A stretch of 64,000 nucleotides of DNA from a virus. Lineage: Duplodnaviria; Caudoviricetes. The stretch is from IMG/VR virus record IMGVR_UViG_3300029930_000001, positions 1-64,000 of that record; one strand, written 5' to 3'. The notes below the pieces were generated by a model. That model saw only the letters and a list, made by a program, of their open reading frames with translations, was not told where the DNA came from and made no database searches. Shown here piece after piece: positions 24,184 through 33,316 of this stretch (positions are counted from its first letter, which is position 1; every line of letters starts with the position of its first letter). The position numbers were made by a program, and so were the translations under genes.

Positions 24184-25344
24184 ATGGCAGGAACACTGCT
24201 GGATCTAATTGACCAGCCACTGGTTAACAATTTGAAGCTTTCAGCGCATGAGGCGCTTCATGCAAAACGCTATCCGCTTCGGGCCGTATATCAAGATGAT
24301 TTAACAATTCACCTTGACACGGAAGTGCCTCCAAGCGAGCTTTATGGAGAATATTTATATCGAAGTGGAGTTAGCCAGCCATATATTGATCATTGCAAGG
24401 GAATGTACCATTCTCTTAACCATTTGAATTTAGAAACAATTATTGATATTGGCGGAAATGATGGCACGCTGCTAAAGACTTTCAGGAATGAAGCCAGGAT
24501 TGAACAATGGTGGTCAGGGAAAGGTCCTCGTCGACTAATCAATGTCGACGCAAGCGAGAGCTTTAAGCAAGTAAACGAAGACGCCGGCATTGAATATCAC
24601 TGCGGGTTCTTTAATGAACACATGGATTTGCCCAAGGCAAATTTAATTGTCTCTACTAATGTTTTTCAGCACACCAAGGATATTCATTCGTTTTTGCGTG
24701 GTATCGCCAAGCACCTGGATGGAGTGTGGGTGCTGGAGTTTCCGTATACATTGACAACACTTCTTACCCTGCAGTTTGATCAGTTTTATCACGAGCATTA
24801 TTACTATTGGCTGATTACACCATTAGCAAAATTGTTTAGTGAATATGGGCTGCGAATTGTCCATATTAAGGAAACCTCTATTCATGGTGGCAGCATGCGG
24901 ATGTGGATGACAAACAAAGACATTTCTGCGCCGTCAATTGACGACGTAATTGAAAAATACAAAGATAAAGAATCCTTAATTGATCTTGAAACTTTTGATA
25001 CTAATTGTCGCAATTTAATTCTTAAGAGCTGGGACTTTCTTTCGTCATTACAAGGAAGAACGGCTTTTTTTGGGGCAGCCGCAAAAGGCGCTGTTTTTCT
25101 TAACGCGCTTTCCCTGTCCACGCAAAATATGCAGTCCTATGTGGTTGACGACACGCCTGGAAAACAAGGCAAGTACATCCCAGGGACTGGATTTGAAATT
25201 GTGGATAGACAGCGGCTAAAGGAAGATCCGGTGGATAACATTGTCATTCTTGCCCATAACTTTGCCGATTACATTGCTAAGTCGCTGCGCAAAGAATTTA
25301 CGGGCAACATCTACACCTGTCTTCCCTCCATCACTAAATTTTGA
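24184..25344 (+). CDS. NDP-sugar C-methyltransferase-like SAM methyltransferase
   Basis: Y.YRSG.S, DIGGNDGTLL, FDQFYHEH.YY, HGGS.R, FGAAAKG, D.TP.KQG. Confidence 0.85.
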   Translation: MAGTLLDLIDQPLVNNLKLSAHEALHAKRYPLRAVYQDDLTIHLDTEVPPSELYGEYLYRSGVSQPYIDHCKGMYHSLNHLNLETIIDIGGNDGTLLKTFRNEARIEQWWSGKGPRRLINVDASESFKQVNEDAGIEYHCGFFNEHMDLPKANLIVSTNVFQHTKDIHSFLRGIAKHLDGVWVLEFPYTLTTLLTLQFDQFYHEHYYYWLITPLAKLFSEYGLRIVHIKETSIHGGSMRMWMTNKDISAPSIDDVIEKYKDKESLIDLETFDTNCRNLILKSWDFLSSLQGRTAFFGAAAKGAVFLNALSLSTQNMQSYVVDDTPGKQGKYIPGTGFEIVDRQRLKEDPVDNIVILAHNFADYIAKSLRKEFTGNIYTCLPSITKF

Positions 25345-25952
25345 TCATGACTCTTTCTGAAATCACTTCTGCTCCTTCCATTGACAAAATCTTAAAAGCG
25401 CAAAATATTAACGGGTTTGAAGTGCCGGGAGGCACTGATAAGCAAACCATTCATTCCTACGGCCCTGTCTACGAGCAATTATTTAAACCATTCAAGAAGA
25501 AGCAATGCACAGTGCTAGAGATTGGCGTACAGCTTGGCGGATCAATGCTGTTATGGCATGATTTGTGTCCAAAAAGTCTCGTGATTGGCGTGGACACGCA
25601 AGTGTTGTACCACCCTTCCATTTTTGAGCGAATGGAAGACGGTCGTTACTTTTTTGTCCTTGGAGACGGCTATGCCAAGCAAACAATTGACATGGTAAAA
25701 ACCTGCGCCCCAAATGGTATTGATTTCGCTATTGATGATGGCCCTCATACCCTTCAAAGTCAATGCATGTTTTTGCAGCATTACCTGCCACTGCTGAACG
25801 AAGGAGGTGTTGCTGTCATTGAAGACGTACAAGAGTATGAATGGTTCGATACGCTACTTTCTTTCGTGCCCGACGAATACAGCAGTGAGATTGTGGATAG
25901 GCGTCAAATTCAAGGACGTTATGACGATCTAATGCTTGTTATTAGGAAGTAA
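25341..25952 (+). CDS. class I SAM methyltransferase (sugar O-methyltransferase-like)
   Basis: TDK...HSY...Y, VLEIGV..GGS...W, IDDGPH, GG..VIEDV. Confidence 0.85.
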   Translation: MIMTLSEITSAPSIDKILKAQNINGFEVPGGTDKQTIHSYGPVYEQLFKPFKKKQCTVLEIGVQLGGSMLLWHDLCPKSLVIGVDTQVLYHPSIFERMEDGRYFFVLGDGYAKQTIDMVKTCAPNGIDFAIDDGPHTLQSQCMFLQHYLPLLNEGGVAVIEDVQEYEWFDTLLSFVPDEYSSEIVDRRQIQGRYDDLMLVIRK

Positions 25953-25977
25953 GATAAGAAAAGACGACATTTCAGCG

Positions 25978-26235
25978 ATGACCAAAAAAGAAAAACAAAA
26001 GAAGGTGGCGAAGGTAATGCGCGAATTTAAAGCGGGCACACTAAAAAGTAGCAGTGGCGATCCGGTGAAAAGTCGTCAGCAAGCAATTGCTATTGCCATG
26101 TCTAAAGCTGGAATGTCGCTAAAAGGCAAGAGCGATGCTTATGTTGATGCCTACATCGATGCAATGATTTGCATTGAGAGCGAAGAAGAGGAGATGGAAG
26201 AGGAAGTAGATTCTTCTTGCGGAAAAAAGCGCTGA
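25978..26235 (+). CDS. DUF6496-like small head-module protein
   Basis: KVAKVMREFKAGTLKS...VKSRQQAIAIAMS plus acidic tail. Confidence 0.75.
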   Translation: MTKKEKQKKVAKVMREFKAGTLKSSSGDPVKSRQQAIAIAMSKAGMSLKGKSDAYVDAYIDAMICIESEEEEMEEEVDSSCGKKR

Positions 26236-26582
26236 GGGGAGACGCTGAAAGTTTCTCCCCTCCATCTGCAGTAAGAAGCGCGGCACGGCGTGGCTTAGAA
26301 CTGCGCAAGAAGCATGGCAAAGGCGGTTTAACGACGCAGGAAGCGGGCAAGCAAGGAATTGGCAGTGGCGTGGCCAGGGCTGGCGATTTGGCAGGAGGCA
26401 GCGCCATTAGCTATTCGACCATCAAACGCATGGCTGCATTCTTTTCTCGCCATGAAAAGAATAAGAGCGGAGGAGAAGACGATGCAGGATATATTGCGTG
26501 GCTTTTATGGGGAGGCGATGCTGGTAGGGCATGGGCTAATCGTATTATTAAGATGGTGGAATCCAAGAAGAAAGGCCAATGA
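26217..26582 (+). CDS. phage head-associated domain, probably expressed as a -1 frameshift fusion
   Basis: ARRGLELR, GVARA.DL, TIKRM..FFSRHE, AG.IAWLLWGGDAG; lacks an ATG and lies in the -1 frame of the upstream ORF. Confidence 0.75.
   Translation: MRKKALRGDAESFSPPSAVRSAARRGLELRKKHGKGGLTTQEAGKQGIGSGVARAGDLAGGSAISYSTIKRMAAFFSRHEKNKSGGEDDAGYIAWLLWGGDAGRAWANRIIKMVESKKKGQ
26223..26262 (+). promoter_or_regulatory. programmed -1 frameshift signal
   Basis: A_AAA_AAG at 26223-26229 in frame, then 9-bp perfect stem GAGGGGAGA(26234-26242)/TCTCCCCTC(26254-26262). Confidence 0.7.
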
Positions 26583-26890
26583 GCGAATTCGTGCGAGTTG
26601 AAGAAATCGAGGACGAAGGTATTGGCGCCATGAAAGCGTTGGCTATTTTGTCGGCCAACGAACATCGCAATACTTCTCGCTGGGAGCTTGTTGAAAAGCA
26701 ATGCTTCAAGAACGGTCGACTAGACGAAACGCACATTTACGTGATGAGCGTCTACGAAAAGCCTGACCCTCATTTTGAGCCCACGAAATTCTTGGTGTTT
26801 GAAATTGAGGCAATGGCAAAGGCTTATATTATGGAAGGCATTGAAAATCAGCTTGCCGAACTGCAAGCGGATGAAGAAGACGAGGATTAA
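26579..26890 (+). CDS. acidic hypothetical protein
   Basis: 103 aa, ATGA overlap. Confidence 0.7.
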   Translation: MSEFVRVEEIEDEGIGAMKALAILSANEHRNTSRWELVEKQCFKNGRLDETHIYVMSVYEKPDPHFEPTKFLVFEIEAMAKAYIMEGIENQLAELQADEEDED

Positions 26891-27132
26891 TCTTTTGTGG
26901 CATTAACAAGGAACGATGGATAGCCCATTAAATAAAGCACGCTGATTCCATAGAAACCACTTAGAAAGCGAATTTGAGCGCAATCAGGCGAGAGCTCGCC
27001 GCGTTCCATGCGACTGTAGGAGGATTGACTGATGTGGAGTTCTTTTGCCACTGTCTGCTGAGAAAGCCCGCTATTAAGGCGGGCTTCTTTAATGCGAGAC
27101 GCAATGAGAAGACGCGCTTGTTGGTAAGGCAT
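26887..27132 (-). CDS. XRE-family helix-turn-helix regulator
   Basis: RIKEARLNSGLSQQTVAKELHISQSSYSRMERG. Confidence 0.88.
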   Translation of the reverse strand: MPYQQARLLIASRIKEARLNSGLSQQTVAKELHISQSSYSRMERGELSPDCAQIRFLSGFYGISVLYLMGYPSFLVNATKD

Positions 27133-27231
27133 TTTGAGGGCATCGGTGGCGCTTCTCGCTAAAAACAGCATTCTTTAGTCTCCTTTGAATAATCAGTCTA
27201 GACAGAATAGAGACAAGTGTAAAGTATATTT

Positions 27232-28428
27232 ATGGGCACCACATCCTGTAGGTACGATTTCTCACCCATTGAGAAATATGAAATCACGCCAGAAGGTTAT
27301 CTTCGGGCGTGGGCTTCGATTGCTCGCACGGGCATTCAGCATTACACCGATGCTGATGGTTCTATTAGGCGAGAGTATCGACCACCTTCTGAAGTGGCGT
27401 CTCCCGAGAGCCTAGCCTCATTTGCTGGCAAGGCCATCACTTCTGAACATCCTCCCGTCCTTTTGGACGCAGACAACACTAAAGACTACCAAGTGGGATT
27501 TAGTGGCACTGAAGTGGTGTATGACAATGGTTTTGTTAAAGCAGTGATGACAATCACTGACAAAGAAACCATTGAACGCATCATGAAGGGCGATGCTCGT
27601 GAAGTGAGTGCTGGATATAGGGTGAGCTACGACCCTAGTCCTGGTATCACGGAAGACGGCGAACATTACGATGGCGTCCAAAAGGAAATCATTGGTAATC
27701 ACATCGCTGTTGTACGTCGTGGCCGTGCAGGCCCGCAAGTGAAGCTTCATCTTGATCGTCAAGATGCAGCCGATCCATCTCTATTTCCTAATGAAGAGGA
27801 ACGTCTTATGACTGCAAAAGTCGTATTCGACGGCGCTGAGTTTGATGTGAGCGAGAGCGTTGCTCTGGCGATCACTAAAGAACGAGAAGACGCCCGCATG
27901 TCTTACGAAGACATGAAAAAGAAGTACGACGAGCTCCAGGCCGCTGCTGATTCTATGAAATCCGAAATGGATGCCATGGAAAAGGAAATGAAGGGCAAGT
28001 GCGATTCCGCTGAGGGTCGCGCCGATGCTCTGGCTGAGCACGTCGAAGAATTAAAAGCAGAACTGGCCGCCGCCAAGGAAATCAACTTTGATTCCATGGT
28101 TGAAGAGCGTCTTGCTCTCATTGAAAAGGCTAAGCCTGTTCTGGATGCCGCTTATGAATTTAGTGGCAAAACCGCCCGCGAAGTGATGGTTGATTCCATC
28201 GTTGCAGTGCGTGGCGACAGCATTGACCTGTCTGAGAAGTCTGATGACTATGTGCAGGCAATGTTTGACACTCTGTCGGAAGCTTCTCGCAAAGATTCCG
28301 CTGTCACCGATGAGCTGCGCAAAAGCGTCGCTTCTTTAGCTGCTCCCATTACTGCACCGTCCGCTTATATGGATTGGCTGCAAAACGCATGGAAGCATCC
28401 CCTCTCCATCTCTAAGGAGGCTAAGTAA
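27232..28428 (+). CDS. DUF2213 prohead protease/scaffold protein
   Basis: TPEGYL, ARTG.Q.Y, S.A.K.IT.EHP, EVSAGY, NH.AVV.RGRAG plus C-terminal coiled coil. Confidence 0.9.
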   Translation: MGTTSCRYDFSPIEKYEITPEGYLRAWASIARTGIQHYTDADGSIRREYRPPSEVASPESLASFAGKAITSEHPPVLLDADNTKDYQVGFSGTEVVYDNGFVKAVMTITDKETIERIMKGDAREVSAGYRVSYDPSPGITEDGEHYDGVQKEIIGNHIAVVRRGRAGPQVKLHLDRQDAADPSLFPNEEERLMTAKVVFDGAEFDVSESVALAITKEREDARMSYEDMKKKYDELQAAADSMKSEMDAMEKEMKGKCDSAEGRADALAEHVEELKAELAAAKEINFDSMVEERLALIEKAKPVLDAAYEFSGKTAREVMVDSIVAVRGDSIDLSEKSDDYVQAMFDTLSEASRKDSAVTDELRKSVASLAAPITAPSAYMDWLQNAWKHPLSISKEAK

Positions 28429-28430
28429 TC

Positions 28431-28988
28431 ATGGCTGTAGTTTTTACTGCGTCGGGAACCGCCGCGGCTGGTGGTGTGCAGCAGGCTTATGCGCTGACTC
28501 ACACTGCACTGCTGGAAGGTCAACTCTCCGACATTCGCAACAACACTGTTGTTTCTCGTATTAACGAGACTGGCGCCGTCATTCCGTTTGGCAATGGCGT
28601 GGTCTATAACAGCGCAGGTACTGTTGGCGAATCCGCCAAGACGATTGCTGCTGCTGCTGACACTTTCCTGGGTGTGAACGTTCTCACTTATGTGGACGAA
28701 ACTGCCCTGGACGCAAACAGCCGCCCTGGCGTCAAGGACAAGCAAATGCTCAACGTGGCCAGCGAAGGCGCTGTTGCCGTTTACGTGCATGGCGCTGTCG
28801 ATCCGACCACTGTGGTCCGCGTGATTCACACTGCCACTGGCGTGAAGTATGCCGGCCAATTCAGCTCGACAGTGATCTCCGGCAAAACTGCAACGCTGGC
28901 GAACGCTCGCTATCTGACTTCTACCACGGGGTCGGGCATTGCCATCCTTGAGCTGAACGGTCCTTCGTTCACTCTCACTGCTAACTGA
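28431..28988 (+). CDS. capsid decoration/cement protein
   Basis: Position between protease and capsid genes; IPFG.GV motif. Confidence 0.75.
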   Translation: MAVVFTASGTAAAGGVQQAYALTHTALLEGQLSDIRNNTVVSRINETGAVIPFGNGVVYNSAGTVGESAKTIAAAADTFLGVNVLTYVDETALDANSRPGVKDKQMLNVASEGAVAVYVHGAVDPTTVVRVIHTATGVKYAGQFSSTVISGKTATLANARYLTSTTGSGIAILELNGPSFTLTAN

Positions 28989-29003
28989 TAGGAGGCTCTA
29001 ACA

Positions 29004-29912
29004 ATGTCTGAATTTCGTATGGATGATGCGGGCCTGTTCCTTGAGCGGCAGCTTGAGTACATTCGTCCGCAGGTATTTGAAATCGCTTATGCCGACATCA
29101 AATACCCCACTATTCTGCCTGTGACCAGCGAAGCCGGTCCTGGCGCTCAAACTTTCACCTACCGCATCATGGATGCCACTGGTGAATTCAAGCTCATCTC
29201 TGATGCTGCAGATGATCTGCCCCGTGCCGACATCAGCCAAGTGGAGAAGAGCATCAACATCCGCTCCATTGGTGGTTCTTTCGGTTACACCGTGCAAGAA
29301 CTGCGTGCCGCTCAAATGGCAAACATCGCCCTGGAGCAGCGCCGCGCTTCTGCCGTGCGTCGTGCCTATGAAGAAAAAGTGGAAGACATCGCCCTGTTCG
29401 GCGAAGCTTCTGTGGGCCTGAAGGGCTTCTTCAATAACGACACCGTTGATGTGGTGGCAGCCGATAAGTGGTTCACCAGTAGTGGCACCACTGCTCAAGA
29501 AATGCTGGACCTGCTGAACTATGGCGTGACTGCCATTATCAATGCGTCCAAGATGAAGGAACAGCCCGATACGATTCTCATGGCATGGGAAGACTATCGT
29601 GAAATTTCCACCCGTCGCAATTCAGATTCGTCTGATGTGACTGTGCTGGAGTATTTCCTGCGTACCAACCCTTACATCCGCAGCATTGAGCCCATCAACC
29701 AGCTTGATGCAGGTAATAGCGACCTCAACACCAACCGCATGGTTGTGTACAAGCGCGATCCCGAGAAAGTGCAACTGCACATTCCTCAGCCGCTTGAGCT
29801 GTTCCCGCCTCAGCAGCGTGGCCTGGAATTCATTGTTCCCGCCCATGCTCGTGTTGGTGGCGTGGCCATCTACTATCCCAAGAGCGTCATCTACGTTCAG
29901 GCTTCTGCCTGA
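29004..29912 (+). CDS. major capsid protein (DUF2184, HK97 fold)
   Basis: FL..QLE.I...V.E..Y, Y...EL.AA, P.P...FP.Q, GGV.IYYP. Confidence 0.92.
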   Translation: MSEFRMDDAGLFLERQLEYIRPQVFEIAYADIKYPTILPVTSEAGPGAQTFTYRIMDATGEFKLISDAADDLPRADISQVEKSINIRSIGGSFGYTVQELRAAQMANIALEQRRASAVRRAYEEKVEDIALFGEASVGLKGFFNNDTVDVVAADKWFTSSGTTAQEMLDLLNYGVTAIINASKMKEQPDTILMAWEDYREISTRRNSDSSDVTVLEYFLRTNPYIRSIEPINQLDAGNSDLNTNRMVVYKRDPEKVQLHIPQPLELFPPQQRGLEFIVPAHARVGGVAIYYPKSVIYVQASA

Positions 29913-29967
29913 GGATAGTTAATCAAGGGAAGGGCGTTAAGCTTGTAAACAGTTCTATAGAACACGC

Positions 29968-30354
29968 ATGTTAATTGCTTACCGCCCTGAACTTGAAAAT
30001 CCGCCGCGTGAAGCTGGTTTTGGTATTATCACTCGCACTGGTCTCATTCAATTGGTGCCAGGCTTAAATCAGGACATTCCTGAGGAGAAGTGGGAAGAAG
30101 CCAAATCCAACAAAGCCGTCAAGCGCCTCATGGCAATTGGAGCCATTGAAGAGATGCAAGATCGTCTTGTCGTAGAGGAACTCCCCGACGACACTGATAG
30201 TCTTTCTGCTCTGCCTCTGTCTCAAGCAATTCGCGCCATTGAACTCATCCACAACGCAGATAAACTGACAGAGTGGAAGAAGAAAGAAGGCCGTATTCGC
30301 GTGAGGAACGCCATTTCTAAGCGGCAAGAAGCCATTCGCATTGGGAAGGCCTGA
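29968..30354 (+). CDS. hypothetical virion-associated protein
   Basis: 128 aa directly after the capsid gene. Confidence 0.75.
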   Translation: MLIAYRPELENPPREAGFGIITRTGLIQLVPGLNQDIPEEKWEEAKSNKAVKRLMAIGAIEEMQDRLVVEELPDDTDSLSALPLSQAIRAIELIHNADKLTEWKKKEGRIRVRNAISKRQEAIRIGKA

Positions 30355-30356
30355 TT

Positions 30357-30668
30357 ATGGCAGTCACTTATGCAAGCTTTCTTGAGCGCTTCCCTGAATT
30401 CACCCCTCATCCATCGGGGATTGTGAATGGGGCGATTGGTGAAGCCACTTTTGATGCATCGGAAGATGTGTTTGGGGCTCAAACTGACAGGGCGGTTAAG
30501 TTTCTAGCGGCGCACATTATTGCCATTCAACTTGCGCAAATGGGCATTCAAATTGGTGCTACTGAAGGCAAGGTGTATGGAGAGGGGCTTGATGCTTCTC
30601 AATATGGACAAGAGTTCAAGCGTATGCTTAATTCGCTTCCTGATTCTGCTGTGGGGTTTGTAGTGTGA
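30357..30668 (+). CDS. head-tail adaptor (DUF4054-like)
   Basis: F...FPEF, LAAH, S.YGQEF. Confidence 0.8.
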   Translation: MAVTYASFLERFPEFTPHPSGIVNGAIGEATFDASEDVFGAQTDRAVKFLAAHIIAIQLAQMGIQIGATEGKVYGEGLDASQYGQEFKRMLNSLPDSAVGFVV

Positions 30669-31054
30669 CCAATTTCTTGATGCCATTAGCCAATGCCTCC
30701 TTGGTGTTTAGCGTGGCATCAGGATATGCATTGGACAGTGATACTGGTAATTATGTGGCAGTGTCATCTGGAACTACTTTCTATGCTTCATTGAAGCAAA
30801 AGCGGAATCCTCAATACGATCAGTTGCTTGGCGCTGATAATACTGCCGTCTACATGGAAGGCAGGCTCACTAATCCGCTTACGCTTTCTGGCGTGACGTT
30901 TGGCGATTCAGCGCGAGCAACGATCAATGGAAGGGAAGGAAGGTTTGAACTATTGCCTAACGAGCAAATTGCTGAGCATTATTGGCAATTTCTCGGCACA
31001 CCAATCAGAGGTATTTTTAGACTGGTTGGTAAAGGAAGCGTGGACAACGCTTAA
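30665..31054 (+). CDS. head closure/neck protein
   Basis: Synteny, 129 aa. Confidence 0.65.
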   Translation: MTNFLMPLANASLVFSVASGYALDSDTGNYVAVSSGTTFYASLKQKRNPQYDQLLGADNTAVYMEGRLTNPLTLSGVTFGDSARATINGREGRFELLPNEQIAEHYWQFLGTPIRGIFRLVGKGSVDNA

Positions 31055-31087
31055 TCACTTTCTCTTTCATCGCTGAGGATTTTCCCC

Positions 31088-31666
31088 ATGCTCTACCATC
31101 CCACTGAACTGGTAAAGAGCCAAGACGTGATTGTGCGCGTTGGCTCCATCACCGGCACCTCCCGTCCCATCATCACCCAAAGCGGCGCTACTTTCACTGT
31201 TAGTGGCGCTCCCACGCTCTACACGCTCCAGGCGGCTACCACTGCTTCCGTTGCCTTCAACGACAACAACCAAGAATTCTACCTGCTTGGCGGCGGCGGT
31301 TTTGCTGATAGCGTGATTGTCACTTCGCAGGCCACTGCATCTATCACGTCCTATTTCCAAAAGGATGTTGACGGTACCGTCTTCCTTCCCAACAGCTTTG
31401 ACGAAGCTTTCCAGGTCATTAGCTCTTCTCGCTACGACAAGGAAGCTGAAGTGTACGTGGAAATCAACAAGCAGCTTGGCGCTTCTGGTACTACGTTCTA
31501 TTACGATCGCGTGGCCTACGTGGGTCGCGTGATGAACTATAACGAAAGCTATCCCGCTGACAATCTGGTTGAATGCACCTTCGATCTTGTTTCTCGCGGT
31601 CGCATTGGCATCCACCAAAACGCCACTAACACTGGCAGCCTCATCCCTTCTGCTCCTAATAGCTGA
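31088..31666 (+). CDS. major tail (tube) protein
   Basis: Synteny, beta-rich T/S/G composition, followed by a terminator. Confidence 0.8.
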   Translation: MLYHPTELVKSQDVIVRVGSITGTSRPIITQSGATFTVSGAPTLYTLQAATTASVAFNDNNQEFYLLGGGGFADSVIVTSQATASITSYFQKDVDGTVFLPNSFDEAFQVISSSRYDKEAEVYVEINKQLGASGTTFYYDRVAYVGRVMNYNESYPADNLVECTFDLVSRGRIGIHQNATNTGSLIPSAPNS

Positions 31667-31690
31667 TACAGCCACTAGGGAAAGTTTGCT

Positions 31691-31715
31691 AGCCTCCTTT
31701 ATAGGAGGCTTTTTT
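31691..31715 (+). terminator. intrinsic terminator
   Basis: AGCCTCCT-TTAT-AGGAGGCT-TTTTT. Confidence 0.8.
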
Positions 31716-31716
31716 C

Positions 31717-32127
31717 ATGGATATTGGCCAACTGCGCGAAACAATTACGCAGCTTCTTTCTGCATCGCCTAATTTAATTGGAGAATACGCTTTGCCTGGA
31801 GGCAAGGTTATTCCTGCTGTTTATGTGGTGGGGCGACAGAGCGTGCCAAAAGAATGGAAGGCAAAAGGTCTAGAGGTGACTATTGAAGAGTTTCCAGCGA
31901 TGAGCCCACGTGCAATGGTGGGCAAAGTTCGAAACAATCAGCAGTGGACAATAACGCTTGTGGATTACACCCCCAATTCCACTGCACTACATAACGCCGC
32001 ACAACGGATTGCTCGTAGATTTCCAGACGCCCAGTTTTCTTTCCGGCCGGAAAGCGATGTGGTGTATGGGCAGTATCGCATTAGAATTCCAGACGTACAG
32101 CTATTAAACATACATCCTCCATTGTGA
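31717..32127 (+). CDS. putative tail terminator/completion protein
   Basis: Synteny, 136 aa. Confidence 0.6.
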   Translation: MDIGQLRETITQLLSASPNLIGEYALPGGKVIPAVYVVGRQSVPKEWKAKGLEVTIEEFPAMSPRAMVGKVRNNQQWTITLVDYTPNSTALHNAAQRIARRFPDAQFSFRPESDVVYGQYRIRIPDVQLLNIHPPL

Positions 32128-32342
32128 AACTATTGAAAAGCGAATGCGGCAAGGCTTGGTTGTTTGACGTGACTAAGGATGAATATTTTTTACTAGCTGG
32201 ATTCGCTTGTTTTATGCCTGGATGTAGCTCAATCGTCTCCTTTCCCATTGACGGCAAAACAACGAAAGCAATTGTGCCAGGGGAAGTAGCGGTAAGCGCT
32301 GTTCCGTTAAGAATGTTCAATGCTAGACTTGCGCTGCGATAG
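32124..32342 (+). CDS. hypothetical protein
   Basis: 72 aa, GTG start overlapping upstream stop. Confidence 0.5.
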   Translation: MKLLKSECGKAWLFDVTKDEYFLLAGFACFMPGCSSIVSFPIDGKTTKAIVPGEVAVSAVPLRMFNARLALR

Positions 32343-32872
32343 TGACCGCCATGAGTAAGTATTCGGAATTTTTCTTACTGAGTAATGCGCAATATCAGCC
32401 CATTGGAGAATGCTTGCGTTTGCGCAAATATGGTAGCTGGCTAGCGGAAGAGGCATGGCTTAGGGAAGAACAGTCTCAGCGTCGTGCGCAACTCACGTTA
32501 AAAGCAATTGCATTCGCCCGCAAAATTGCGGAAGAAAAGAACGTGGACGCAGAGGAAGCTTTTACATTGCTTCAGTCTGGCGGTCAAAATTCTGAGCTTT
32601 TTTCGGAGTATGCAGACGAGACGGCTCAACTCATGCAAAGCATGCCGTCTCAACGGGAGCAAATCGAGCAACTTGTTACTGTTTTTTTCCGTAACAGAGG
32701 AGAAGTGATGCAAGGCAAGAAGTGGGGGCCAACGGAAGATTGGAGCGAGGATGACACGCGAAAACTCCCTAAAAATCTTTTAGACATGGTGGAAACATTT
32801 ATGAGCGAAGAAGATGCCAGCATTGTGTCTGATGGAGAGCCGGCGGAAGGAGAGGAAGAGCCAAAAAACTAA
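32342..32872 (+). CDS. tail assembly chaperone (G)
   Basis: Upstream of tape measure; ends at slippery A_AAA_AAC (32863-32869) then TAA. Confidence 0.8.
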   Translation: MTAMSKYSEFFLLSNAQYQPIGECLRLRKYGSWLAEEAWLREEQSQRRAQLTLKAIAFARKIAEEKNVDAEEAFTLLQSGGQNSELFSEYADETAQLMQSMPSQREQIEQLVTVFFRNRGEVMQGKKWGPTEDWSEDDTRKLPKNLLDMVETFMSEEDASIVSDGEPAEGEEEPKN

Positions 32873-33279
32873 TAGAGCGGCTGGCTCGGCAATGCGAAAC
32901 AGCCATTCTCAATAGAACTGACTGGTCAGAGATATACGCACAGTTGTGTTCCTTCCAAATTGCCGATCCCATTTTTCATGCCGCAAATTTCAATAAACTT
33001 CCAATCAAGCTGATCGAGATTGTATTGAACCATAGCTATCAAGCTTTGCATAGGGAGACAAATGCAAATAGCATTAGTACGGCTAAATTGGCTCTTGTTG
33101 TGTGTAGCGCGTTGGGGAACAAGGGGAGCAAGATAAAGCTTGAGCATTTCTTGCCATACGAAATGAAAGAGAATAATGGGCGATTAAAAGAATCAACAAG
33201 AAAAGCGATGCAATGGGCATTAAAGAATGAAAAGCTTCCGGCTGTCGTGGTTGGCATGATAGGCGCGGAATTGCGCTGA
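32866..33279 (+). CDS. tail assembly chaperone -1 frameshift extension (GT)
   Basis: The -1 frame is open from the slippery site through track ORF 32944-33279 (KLIERLARQCETAIL...). Confidence 0.75.
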   Translation, partial: KLIERLARQCETAILNRTDWSEIYAQLCSFQIADPIFHAANFNKLPIKLIEIVLNHSYQALHRETNANSISTAKLALVVCSALGNKGSKIKLEHFLPYEMKENNGRLKESTRKAMQWALKNEKLPAVVVGMIGAELR

Positions 33280-33316
33280 AATGTTAGATTGTGAATAGAT
33301 TTTATTTGTTTAGGCA

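Noticed and set aside
26887-27132. Evidence for a prophage or temperate lifestyle
   Set aside because: A lone HTH gene without integrase, att sites or flanking host genes is insufficient.
32863-32872. Tail chaperone -1 frameshift as a novel finding
   Set aside because: Real, but the well-known lambda G/GT-type mechanism; listed as a feature only.
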